A stretch of 36,776 nt of DNA, taken from a virus. Shown here piece by piece: positions 6,247-15,010 of this stretch. A model generated the notes under the pieces. It worked only from the letters and a program-made list of their open reading frames with translations. It searched no databases and was not told where the DNA came from. The stretch is taken from IMG/VR virus record IMGVR_UViG_3300045988_112955; one strand, 5' to 3'. The first letter of the stretch is position 1. Each line of letters begins with the position of its first letter. Both the position numbers and the translations under genes were made by a program.

Positions 6247-7113
6247 CTAACCAAAAACTTCTATAATCATTTCATCAATATCTGCATCAGTTGCATAACT
6301 TAGATTACCGGCACTTGGCATCGTAAAATCCAGTACGGGAGCTTCGGGAGTCCCACGTATTGTTACGTTAGGGTTGCCTAATGTAACATTTCCTATTGTG
6401 ATATTAGGGGTTGCACCCGTAGCACCAACAAAATCACCATTTAATAACTTGGTATTTATTTCAGTTACTTTATCATTACAACTTTTTATTGCTTTTGCGG
6501 TATCATTTTGTCGCTTTATCTCATTTGTTTGGCGGTTAGTTTCATTTTCATTTACAGTATTCTCTAATGTATTAAGTTCATTGAATTTGTTATCTAAGGC
6601 GGTTTGTTGTTCCGCTACCTTAGTCTGTTGTCTCACCGCTTCTTCAATAGCATTTTGGATATCTTTTTTCATTTTATCAAGATCGGGCTTAATGTTTTCA
6701 TTAGTCCAATCTTCACACAACTGTATAACAACTTGTTGCCAGCTTGGTTTATTGTCTAAAAATTCACCATCGCCAACACTTGCAGTTATTTTATATACTA
6801 TTGGGTTGGTTTGTATTACCTCACTATCACGCGCAAAAGAAAAAGCAATAGCGATATATCCATCTAATCTAAATGCTTCTTTAGGAAGTTTAAAAACCCC
6901 ATTGGAATCAATTGCAATAGCATTAGATTTTGTATTTCTATTACTTTCTAAAAATCTATTTTTAATATGTTTAAAAAATGGTGTACAAACATAATTATTA
7001 TATGTTGTATCTCTAATTAACTTCATCTCTATATCACCACTATACTGTGATGGTATTTTTTCTAAATCATACGTTAGTTCTAAACCTTTTTGTGTAATTG
7101 TACTAAATATCAT
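6247..7113 (-). CDS. Baseplate/fibre-associated protein with central coiled coil
   Basis: 288 aa; coiled-coil QQTKVAEQQTALDNKFNELNTLENTVNENETNRQ; C-terminal SYATDADIDEMIIEVFG tag. ATGA overlap with Tal. Confidence 0.55.
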   Translation of the reverse strand: MIFSTITQKGLELTYDLEKIPSQYSGDIEMKLIRDTTYNNYVCTPFFKHIKNRFLESNRNTKSNAIAIDSNGVFKLPKEAFRLDGYIAIAFSFARDSEVIQTNPIVYKITASVGDGEFLDNKPSWQQVVIQLCEDWTNENIKPDLDKMKKDIQNAIEEAVRQQTKVAEQQTALDNKFNELNTLENTVNENETNRQTNEIKRQNDTAKAIKSCNDKVTEINTKLLNGDFVGATGATPNITIGNVTLGNPNVTIRGTPEAPVLDFTMPSAGNLSYATDADIDEMIIEVFG

Positions 7114-9188
7114 TTTGCGCCTCTTTCTAACGCTTCAATACGCTTATTTTGTTCTTGTACACACTGTATAAGTGCATTTAATATATTTTGATAATCTACA
7201 CCGTAATAACCATTTCGATCTTCATGCAAAAAATATTTTGAATATGTTTTATCCGTGTAATAATTAGCAATTATACCTATTTTATTTTTATCACCATTAA
7301 TATAATCAAATTTCTTTATTTCCAAATCGTATATGAATGATGTATCTATATCATCAATATTTCTCTTCAATCGCCTATCTGACTGATTGAGTATGCTTCT
7401 TCCGTTCATATTTAGCGTTTCATAAAAATCTATACTGTTTTCCTCTATTCTTATATTGGAAAATGAAGAACTTCCTCCTCCAGGGGGATTTTTATAGAAT
7501 CCAATATCAATACGTCCGCCTTTTGCTCCAATAATTCCTAAAAAATCTTTTTTATCCGTATCATCAGAACTTCCAATTAAATCACCTACATATATTCCAT
7601 GATTGAAAGGATTATATATTCCGATGCCACCGTCAAACATTTTCGCACCTAAATAACCCGTTTCTTTGTTGTATGTGGATACACTTGGATCGCTTGAATC
7701 CAATATAATTCCTGTCGTGCTCCCACTTGACAATGATGTACTATCCATAGCCCAACCGCCAATCATTCCTAAATTAGCAATAATTTGAATACCTTGTAAA
7801 GTCCCAGCCGTTATATACTCCGCATTAAACGAACCGTCAAGAGTCCAAGCCGTCTTATATTCACCATTAACACCGTTAGAACTAAAGCCTATACCGTTTT
7901 TATTAAGTCTTAAAACTTTCGTTGCAGTTTTAACATCATCGGTATCCATAAACAACATATCAGTAGGTTCACCCTTATCATTAAAAATATAAGCGATATT
8001 TCCCCCACTTGCACCCGTTATTAAATCAGTCTGATGTTTTATTTGATCTAAAATAAACTGCTTATTAACAACTAATTGACTTGTAACGTTGTTTATATCT
8101 CTATTATTAGATATAGCAATATCGCTAGATGTTTTTATTGTTTTATCTAATGTCAGCTTTGATTTTGATGGGTCTATGTAATTTTTTTCTAAAACTGTAC
8201 ACATGAAATAATCATCTAATTTATGTGGTTGTGAAATACACTTAATCATATCACCCTTTTTAATTTTAGTTATGTTTACATCAATCAAGTTTAGATCAAT
8301 GGCGGTAATTGTAAGTGACAAAGACATTTTAGTTAATTCGGGTAAATCTTTTAAAGCACTTTCTTTTAGATTAGATGGTAATTTGGTATCTTCATATGTT
8401 TTAGTTCCAAATATCCAGCCATACATATTTACCGCTTTTTGATCGTAAACATAATTTTTACCATCATTGACACTTTCAATAGTGATTGGGAGTTCAGTTG
8501 CTTCATCTTTAGCGCCTAATGGGATCAAAGCAGTTATCAAATCAACCGATGTGATATAACGCTCCAAATCAAGAATATTTTTCTTAAACTCTATCTTTTG
8601 CGAGTTGTAACTGTCATAATCCTTAACGTAATCGATATAATTGTTCCCATTAAGTTCTTTATAGTCTAGATAACCACCTAATCTTTTTATTAGTTTTTCT
8701 TGTATGTTTGTCATAGTATTAGGATAATCATTGTCAATTCTATAAGCGTTATCGGTGTTATTCGTCACATTAACCGTGCCAATATAAAATTTTTTCTTAT
8801 CCTCAACAACACTGTTATGATAATTAATCTTATCTACCAAATAATCACGTATTGTTGTGTTGTGATACTCTTTTGGCGGCTGAATACTGTCGTTCAGATA
8901 GCCTAATACACTTTCACAATTAAAACACCGTATGCCGTCTATCGTATCGCTAGTATCAATCACACGTCCCTTAAACATAAGTAAATTGCTTTTATCGTCG
9001 ATTTCATATAAACGTAATATCGAGTTGAGTTTTTCTATACTGTCATACAACGGGTGATTAGGCAAAATAGAAAATGTTAAGGTATCCGCGGTATTTACCT
9101 TTTGTTTAAGTTTTAGCGTTAAACATCTAATATCTTGCGTTGTTGTATCATGTATTAATTCATCATCACAATATAATTTAATAATCAT
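7110..9188 (-). CDS. Tail-associated lysin-position protein (Tal) with C-terminal S74-type intramolecular chaperone domain
   Basis: 692 aa directly after Dit. C-terminal 90 aa SDRRLKRNIDDID...GVDYQNILNALIQCVQEQNKRIEALE (nt 7113-7382) match the self-cleaving chaperone signature (Ser-Asp-x-Arg-x-Lys). Confidence 0.75.
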   Translation of the reverse strand: MIIKLYCDDELIHDTTTQDIRCLTLKLKQKVNTADTLTFSILPNHPLYDSIEKLNSILRLYEIDDKSNLLMFKGRVIDTSDTIDGIRCFNCESVLGYLNDSIQPPKEYHNTTIRDYLVDKINYHNSVVEDKKKFYIGTVNVTNNTDNAYRIDNDYPNTMTNIQEKLIKRLGGYLDYKELNGNNYIDYVKDYDSYNSQKIEFKKNILDLERYITSVDLITALIPLGAKDEATELPITIESVNDGKNYVYDQKAVNMYGWIFGTKTYEDTKLPSNLKESALKDLPELTKMSLSLTITAIDLNLIDVNITKIKKGDMIKCISQPHKLDDYFMCTVLEKNYIDPSKSKLTLDKTIKTSSDIAISNNRDINNVTSQLVVNKQFILDQIKHQTDLITGASGGNIAYIFNDKGEPTDMLFMDTDDVKTATKVLRLNKNGIGFSSNGVNGEYKTAWTLDGSFNAEYITAGTLQGIQIIANLGMIGGWAMDSTSLSSGSTTGIILDSSDPSVSTYNKETGYLGAKMFDGGIGIYNPFNHGIYVGDLIGSSDDTDKKDFLGIIGAKGGRIDIGFYKNPPGGGSSSFSNIRIEENSIDFYETLNMNGRSILNQSDRRLKRNIDDIDTSFIYDLEIKKFDYINGDKNKIGIIANYYTDKTYSKYFLHEDRNGYYGVDYQNILNALIQCVQEQNKRIEALERGAK

Positions 9189-9628
9189 AATCTTTCCTCC
9201 CCCGTTATATAATGCTTTTTAAAAGGATTGCAAACAAATTTAACGGTTAACTTATTTACCAAATTATCATCACGTAGATTTGGTTCTATGCTACACCGAC
9301 CCGTATACCAATATTCACTGTCACTTGTAATAGAAAACATTGCTTTTTGCCCATGAAACAAATTAATTATTTCATCGATATACTTTTGCCATATATAAGT
9401 CGTTTCTATGCTATCTATCTCGATTTCTACATTACGCTGATTATATGTAGGCTTTCCATAAACTTCCGTTAAATCTACAAAGGTATTAGAATATGGAATA
9501 GATACAATGTTGGTAACCACTTTCGGAGGTGTAATACTAAAGCTAAGCACTCTCATATCGAATAGCTTAGCTAAAGAGTATTCTTCATCGCCTAATTTAA
9601 TTATTAGATCAACAATTCCATTACGCAT
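9185..9628 (-). CDS. Distal tail protein (Dit), short form
   Basis: 147 aa between tape measure and Tal, with overlaps on both sides. The call rests on position. Confidence 0.55.
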   Translation of the reverse strand: MRNGIVDLIIKLGDEEYSLAKLFDMRVLSFSITPPKVVTNIVSIPYSNTFVDLTEVYGKPTYNQRNVEIEIDSIETTYIWQKYIDEIINLFHGQKAMFSITSDSEYWYTGRCSIEPNLRDDNLVNKLTVKFVCNPFKKHYITGEERL

Positions 9629-11951
9629 TGTACCGCCCCTTTCTTGTTGTTTCCTTTCCTATTTCTTCGTCTACAGTTTCTGTTACAAGTCTACCAACTG
9701 GTTGTTTATCCATTTCAACCGACATATTTACTTTAGACATACTATTAGCTAAACGATCATAATCGATAAGATCATCACGTCCTAAAGTTGAAGTATTGGG
9801 AAGTGGCATAACACTGTCATACGCTACCTCTCCTCCTATTGTTTTTGCACTTGCTTTCAGCTTTTGAAAACCATCATCAGTAGTATCAATCATATCTTTT
9901 GTGGCTTCGGGCATAGCAACTTCATAACCCGTTGCAATACCGCTAGGCAAGAACTTACCAATTTCATCACGCATTTTATGTGATGGTGAGAAAATTGAAA
10001 AGAAATCTTTAACTGCATTGAACATAGACTTACAAGCGTTTACCGCTGCTTTTACTAAACCTTTTACACCGCCTACAATACCGTCAATTATCCCATTCAA
10101 AACATCTTTACCAAGTTGAACCCAGTTCATATTGGTAAAAGCATCTTTTATTTTATTTATTAGGTCTTTAGCAATACTCCCCATATTGGAAAACATGGAT
10201 TTTATACCACTGCCTAAGTTTTTAATTAAATTTTTACCCATAGACAACATATCAAGGTGCATTATCGTATTAAAAATAGCCGAAACAATCTCACCAGCAT
10301 TTACTATCAATGTCGGGATAGAACTTATGATCCCATTAATTAAAGTCATTACTATTTCTACACCAGCACCTAGAATTGTAAATAAGTTACTATCTATTGC
10401 AGCCCAAAAATCATTAATTATTTTTGGAACTTGTTCAATAAGCATAGGAATAGAGTTAACTATACCTTGTACTAAGCCAAGTAACAGTTTTACACCAGCA
10501 TCTACAATTTTATCTAAATTAGCAATTATTGTACTTGCAAAAGTTAATATTCCTTGAATCGCAACGGGTATTAAATTAGGTAATGACTCGCCTAAACTTG
10601 ATGCAAAATTAGAAATCAAATTAATTGCAGTTTCAGCCAATATTGGTAAATTGTCTATAATTCCCATTATTAGTGACCATAATATATTAGTCCCACATTC
10701 GCTTAAAGATGGTGCTAATTCATTTATGCTGCTTAAAACAGTATTTAATATTTGGCTTGCCATTCCTATTACTTCGGGCATAGCGCTTGCAATACCGTTT
10801 AATAGGTTTGTAACAAGTTGTGAACCAACTTTTAACATTCCCTCGATACCGTCTTTTTCAAACGCCTTTTGTAACTGTTCTACTGCTTTAATACCCTCGT
10901 CTGCGATGCCTTTTAATGGCTCTTGAATACCCTCATAAATTACAATACCGAAGTTTTTTGCATTTTCTTTTAAGATACCTATTTTAGCATCAAAGGTATC
11001 CATCATCTTGTCATAACCCTCTTCGGTTAAACCCGCTGAGTTGCGCATTGCATCTAAATTGTCAGTAAACATTTGTGCGCTTTCGCCCGACATTGTTAAA
11101 GCTGCTTTACCCGCTTCGATAGATGAGAACATATCTAATAAAGACTTACCGTTTTTACCAGCATAGCCACCCATTAAATCTAATATTTCATTTAATGGAA
11201 CACCTTGTTTCATTAAATCTTGGAATGATTTTCCAGCGTATTTAGTTCCTTTTGTTGCTTCACTAAATGCTTTATTTGCTTGTGTTCCGCTCTTACCCAA
11301 TTCAGCAAATAAACTGTTTAGTTGTGTAGTTGCTTGAGCAGTAGGCACCCCTTGCGCGGTCATTGTTGCTAAAGCTGCACTCACTTGATCAAAACCAACA
11401 CTCATAGCCGCAGCCGTAGGTGTAACTTGAGCCAAACTATGCGCTAGTTCATCCACTGTGGTCTTACCTTTATTTTGTGTTTGTAGCATCATGTCAGATA
11501 CGGCAGTGGCTTGATCAGCGGACATTTTATATCCGTTCATTACCGTTGTTAATGCATCCACGGCACTTTCGGTTGTAGTAAATCCAGCAGTTGCCAGCTT
11601 GCTTGACTGTTCAACAAACGATAATGAATTCCCGACATCTACCCCAGCACTTAGGGCACTGTACATAGCTTCGCTTAGTTCTACTGCACTTTTTCCCGTA
11701 CTGTTGGATAACTTAACAACACCATCGTTTAACTCTTGCATATTGACCTTATTTGTATCTACCATAGTAGACACCTTAGCCATGCTTGACTCAAACTCAC
11801 TACCAAATTTAATAGCCGCAGCCGTTCCAGCGGCCAAAGTAGCACCAATCGTAGCCATTCCCGTAGCTACTATCTTAGTCATGTTAGATAATCCGTTTTT
11901 TATGCCGCTTGCATCTAAACTTGTATCAAAAATAAGACTTCCATCAGCCAT
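9621..11951 (-). CDS. Tail tape measure protein (TP901-family core)
   Basis: GSEFESSMAKVSTMVDT...KSAVELSEAMYSALSAGV core; long Gly/Ala/Ile-rich helical C-half. ATG 11951 follows GAGGTGGA; the track start is GTG 11960. Confidence 0.9.
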   Translation of the reverse strand: MADGSLIFDTSLDASGIKNGLSNMTKIVATGMATIGATLAAGTAAAIKFGSEFESSMAKVSTMVDTNKVNMQELNDGVVKLSNSTGKSAVELSEAMYSALSAGVDVGNSLSFVEQSSKLATAGFTTTESAVDALTTVMNGYKMSADQATAVSDMMLQTQNKGKTTVDELAHSLAQVTPTAAAMSVGFDQVSAALATMTAQGVPTAQATTQLNSLFAELGKSGTQANKAFSEATKGTKYAGKSFQDLMKQGVPLNEILDLMGGYAGKNGKSLLDMFSSIEAGKAALTMSGESAQMFTDNLDAMRNSAGLTEEGYDKMMDTFDAKIGILKENAKNFGIVIYEGIQEPLKGIADEGIKAVEQLQKAFEKDGIEGMLKVGSQLVTNLLNGIASAMPEVIGMASQILNTVLSSINELAPSLSECGTNILWSLIMGIIDNLPILAETAINLISNFASSLGESLPNLIPVAIQGILTFASTIIANLDKIVDAGVKLLLGLVQGIVNSIPMLIEQVPKIINDFWAAIDSNLFTILGAGVEIVMTLINGIISSIPTLIVNAGEIVSAIFNTIMHLDMLSMGKNLIKNLGSGIKSMFSNMGSIAKDLINKIKDAFTNMNWVQLGKDVLNGIIDGIVGGVKGLVKAAVNACKSMFNAVKDFFSIFSPSHKMRDEIGKFLPSGIATGYEVAMPEATKDMIDTTDDGFQKLKASAKTIGGEVAYDSVMPLPNTSTLGRDDLIDYDRLANSMSKVNMSVEMDKQPVGRLVTETVDEEIGKETTRKGRYNA

Positions 11952-12000
11952 AAAATCCACCTCACTTAAATTTCTTTAAGTAAAGGCTCATTGGCTCAAT

Positions 12001-12162
12001 TTAAATTACTTTTCCATTTTTTATTTTTACGTTATTTTCATAACCACAATTTTTGCATTTTTCATATACCCCGTTGCAGTTAGCAATATTGGAATATAGA
12101 AACAATTTCTTATTACATTTTTTACACCTAAACCATACGCGCTTAGTTTCAATTTCTACCAT
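12001..12162 (-). CDS. 53-aa zinc-ribbon protein, Mu Com-like
   Basis: Not in track; own translation MVEIETKRVWFRCKKCNKKLFLYSNIANCNGVYEKCKNCGYENNVKIKNGKVI. Two CxxC pairs; the RCKKCNKKLF context resembles Mu Com. ATG 12162 overlaps the Gp15-like stop by 7 nt. Confidence 0.6.
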   Translation of the reverse strand: MVEIETKRVWFRCKKCNKKLFLYSNIANCNGVYEKCKNCGYENNVKIKNGKVI

Positions 12163-12710
12163 AAAGCGCCCCCGATGTCTTCATCGCTAAGCATATAATC
12201 ATCAAGTTTAAGTTCATTTTGAATTTTTCTTATACGTTTGCGTTCATCTTTGTCTTTAATAGTAGAGAGATCAACACTTCTATAATGTATTCTTTCGGTT
12301 AATTCACATTTATCAAGAGCGTTGAATAAAGCTAAAAATTTCCACCAATGAAGATCATCTTCAAAAAGATTAATATTGTACTGAATCAAAAATGCTGATA
12401 TAAAATATTCAGCATCAATTTTGAAATCATATACTTTCTTTGTCTTTTTTTCATCCTTTCCATTGCCCTTAGAATCTCTAACATTGCCATTAAAAAAGTC
12501 CATTATTGATAAAAATACATTATTACTAAATTTGGGTATTTCATCAGCAAATAAACCCATTAATACATTCGCTAAATATTCATTATCAACATTTGGATTA
12601 TTCAGCGCATCACTTAGCTCGATCCAATACTTATAATCAGTGTTAATTAAATAGTCCTTACCGTCAACTGTGATAGTATCGGGTAAGGACTCATACAACA
12701 AATTAATCAT
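12156..12710 (-). CDS. Gp15-family protein (tail assembly chaperone position)
   Basis: MINLLYESLPDTITVDGKDYLINTDYKYWIEL matches my recollection of the Phage_Gp15 family of A118-like siphoviruses. TAAATG junction with the upstream ORF. Confidence 0.65.
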   Translation of the reverse strand: MINLLYESLPDTITVDGKDYLINTDYKYWIELSDALNNPNVDNEYLANVLMGLFADEIPKFSNNVFLSIMDFFNGNVRDSKGNGKDEKKTKKVYDFKIDAEYFISAFLIQYNINLFEDDLHWWKFLALFNALDKCELTERIHYRSVDLSTIKDKDERKRIRKIQNELKLDDYMLSDEDIGGALW

Positions 12711-13064
12711 TTATTTTTGATTTCTTCGTTGTGCGCGATTTTTAGGTTGTACTTTCATACGTCTTGATGCCATTCGTTCATTTGTGCGTTCATTTTCTTG
12801 AATAAGTGTCATTAGAGTCTCTTCTAATAATCTGATATTGTTTTTGTTACCAAAAAGTTTATTAGATGCACCGTTCCCGAATATTTCATCAAAAAATTTA
12901 CGATAGTATTCACAAGTCTTTTTTAATTTTTCAATTACGTTTCCATCTTTTTTTATGCTTTTTATTCTATTATTAAATTTAGTGTACGCATTGTAATATC
13001 TTTCTAAGAAATCAATATCCTCAAAATCGATATCATATAATTTTTTTAATTCTTCTAGGCTCAT
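12711..13064 (-). CDS. Tail assembly chaperone-position protein
   Basis: 117 aa directly after the major tail gene; basic C-terminus; RBS AAGGAGTGA. Confidence 0.55.
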   Translation of the reverse strand: MSLEELKKLYDIDFEDIDFLERYYNAYTKFNNRIKSIKKDGNVIEKLKKTCEYYRKFFDEIFGNGASNKLFGNKNNIRLLEETLMTLIQENERTNERMASRRMKVQPKNRAQRRNQK

Positions 13065-13081
13065 AGGCTCACTCCTTTTTT

Positions 13082-13570
13082 CTATGCTTCTACAAATGTT
13101 AATGATTGTCTATCCTCGGCTACTGTTGCAATACCTTTTACTACACTTGACTTAGATTTAAATGTACCCGAATAGGTATACGCATCAGTTCCATCGCCGT
13201 CAGTTGATGGAATAACTGCATATTCACGTTTGCGCGCTTCAAATCCAGTTTTTTCGGTATCTTGTTTTGTAAAATCAACAATAACGATTTCACGTACTGC
13301 ATCACTTCCCATTAATTCATCTTCGGTAATAGCTACGATATCATCGTGAACTGCGTTGTTTTCATATTGATCAAAAGCATAATCAATTGACGGACTATAT
13401 CCCGTCACGTCTGTTACCTCACCATCTTCATCGACATACTGTCTAGAGTATTCTTTGGGATTTGAAGATTTAGACATGCTTGTAAATCCCGTCATTCTTT
13501 CATACTTATCGCCAACTTTATAAAATGCAACCTTTTTACTTCGTTGTACCAGCTTTTTAATATCAGCCAT
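13082..13570 (-). CDS. Major tail protein
   Basis: 162 aa; position between the connector genes and the chaperones; strong RBS AGGAGGGA. Confidence 0.65.
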   Translation of the reverse strand: MADIKKLVQRSKKVAFYKVGDKYERMTGFTSMSKSSNPKEYSRQYVDEDGEVTDVTGYSPSIDYAFDQYENNAVHDDIVAITEDELMGSDAVREIVIVDFTKQDTEKTGFEARKREYAVIPSTDGDGTDAYTYSGTFKSKSSVVKGIATVAEDRQSLTFVEA

Positions 13571-13573
13571 TGT

Positions 13574-13987
13574 TTAATCCCTCCTATATAAAATTCTTAA
13601 TTGTATTTGATACCTTGCGGTTTTACTTTCATTTGAGAACAGATAACCGCATGACATTACTTCTATTTCTTGTGGATCACCCAATTCAATATTTGGTAAA
13701 ATACCTTTTTCGTTTTGTTCTTCAATCCATGTGGCTAATTTTTCGTAGAAGTCGTTATTTTGTATGTTGTCTTTGTAATCACCACTATACTCATTTATTG
13801 AAGTAAAAGCAAACTGATACTGCCTAATTGTAGAACCATCGGTATACCGTTTTACAATTGGGTCACAAGGCAACAAATCAATTGAGTATTCAGTTGCATC
13901 AGTGCCTAAATAATCAATGTTCACGTGTCCTTTTTCTAGAAAAGGACATTTTATCATATAATCTCTAATTGCTCTTGTGGTACTCAT
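13574..13987 (-). CDS. Tail completion / tail terminator-position protein
   Basis: 137 aa, last of four overlapping connector genes (ATGA coupling). Confidence 0.5.
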   Translation of the reverse strand: MSTTRAIRDYMIKCPFLEKGHVNIDYLGTDATEYSIDLLPCDPIVKRYTDGSTIRQYQFAFTSINEYSGDYKDNIQNNDFYEKLATWIEEQNEKGILPNIELGDPQEIEVMSCGYLFSNESKTARYQIQLRILYRRD

Positions 13988-14337
13988 TTAATTTGCTCCT
14001 TTGCACCTTTTAATATATCTTTCTTGTTTGACACTTTCATTCTTTCAAACCACAAGCGCCCTCTTTGATTAGAAGCACGCCCCATATAATATTGAGTCCT
14101 TACATAAGGTGTCTTATAAATAACTTTTCCACTTCCCAACCTTGTATTAGATGATGAACTCCCCTCTAATGCTCCCGTTTTAAAAGGAACTAAGGGAGCA
14201 CATCTTCTAATAACCTCACTGTCTACATACTTTTGTGCTTTTTGAAACTGTTCATTTTTCTTTTTGGCGAAATTAGTAGCAAAAATTAATTTACCACCTT
14301 TGACCGTTTGGTTAGGTGGTTGTTTAAAAAAAATCAT
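13984..14337 (-). CDS. Head-tail joining protein (minor capsid family of A118-like phages)
   Basis: 117 aa, ATGA coupling on both sides; call by position. Confidence 0.5.
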   Translation of the reverse strand: MIFFKQPPNQTVKGGKLIFATNFAKKKNEQFQKAQKYVDSEVIRRCAPLVPFKTGALEGSSSSNTRLGSGKVIYKTPYVRTQYYMGRASNQRGRLWFERMKVSNKKDILKGAKEQIK

Positions 14338-14684
14338 GTTCCAAAAACCCTAATATGTTTCAGTGATCCCCGAGCGTTAATTGAAAAAGAAGTCACAATA
14401 AACGCTTCTCTATCTTTCATAATAGTTTTAGGGGTGTCGCTTTCCGTTATTTCAATATCGCCACGAACCACAATATCACCTTTTGATACTTTAATGTTGA
14501 TGTCTTCATCAAGAGGTATTCTAACTTTATATATATCGCCCGATTTCAAACCACTTTCACCAATGCTTGCTTTAAAATCAGCATACCAGCTTACACCTTT
14601 GATAACCTTTGCTATATATTTATCCTCTCTTGTCTCTTCATCAAATATTCTAGAAACAATAGTTATATTAGCGTTAGTTATCAT
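14334..14684 (-). CDS. Head closure / head-tail adaptor-position protein
   Basis: 116 aa, ATGA coupling; call by position. Confidence 0.5.
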   Translation of the reverse strand: MITNANITIVSRIFDEETREDKYIAKVIKGVSWYADFKASIGESGLKSGDIYKVRIPLDEDINIKVSKGDIVVRGDIEITESDTPKTIMKDREAFIVTSFSINARGSLKHIRVFGT

Positions 14685-15010
14685 TTAAACCCCACGTACA
14701 TATAACCCGTATTAGATAGGTAAAACTTGATAATAGAATAAACATTATTATTTAATTCTTCATTAGATTTAAAAGTTTGTGAAAAGCCGTCATTATTCTC
14801 ACTTTGTAAATTCTTATCAATCTTATCTTGTTTAAACAATTCATCTGCAACGGCACAAATACACATCTTTAAATCTTCATCAAGTTTTTTTGGTGCGCTT
14901 GGCGTGTAATACTTAACAACATACTTTGCATTCATAATGTATTTATTAAAACGTTCTGGAGGAATTTTATTTCCCCCAAAAACGTCCAAATAATAGTCTA
15001 AATTAGGCAT
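14681..15010 (-). CDS. Head-tail connector-position protein
   Basis: ATG 15010 shares one base with the capsid TAA (TAATG). The track ORF extends to 15046 inside the capsid gene. Confidence 0.55.
   Translation of the reverse strand: MPNLDYYLDVFGGNKIPPERFNKYIMNAKYVVKYYTPSAPKKLDEDLKMCICAVADELFKQDKIDKNLQSENNDGFSQTFKSNEELNNNVYSIIKFYLSNTGYMYVGFK

Noticed and set aside
6374-6994. 206-aa plus-strand ORF; similar plus-strand ORFs at 3479-3697, 3985-4191, 5251-5466, 8700-8906, 9507-9752, 10132-10557, 10651-10926, 11599-11979, 12421-12636, 13570-13806, 14308-14688, 15687-15887, 16312-16734, 17964-18194, 18270-18485, 18783-19016, 23385-23784, 24073-24264, 25368-25749, 26104-26495, 28874-29125, 29868-30080, 31178-31456
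   Set aside because: All lie entirely inside well-supported minus-strand genes, lack RBSs, and encode hydrophobic low-complexity strings. They are shadow ORFs.
12700-13064. Programmed -1 frameshift (G/GT-type) between the two chaperone-position genes
   Set aside because: The two ORFs abut as TAAATG rather than overlapping in the -1 frame. I could not identify a convincing slippery heptamer with an extended overlapping frame.
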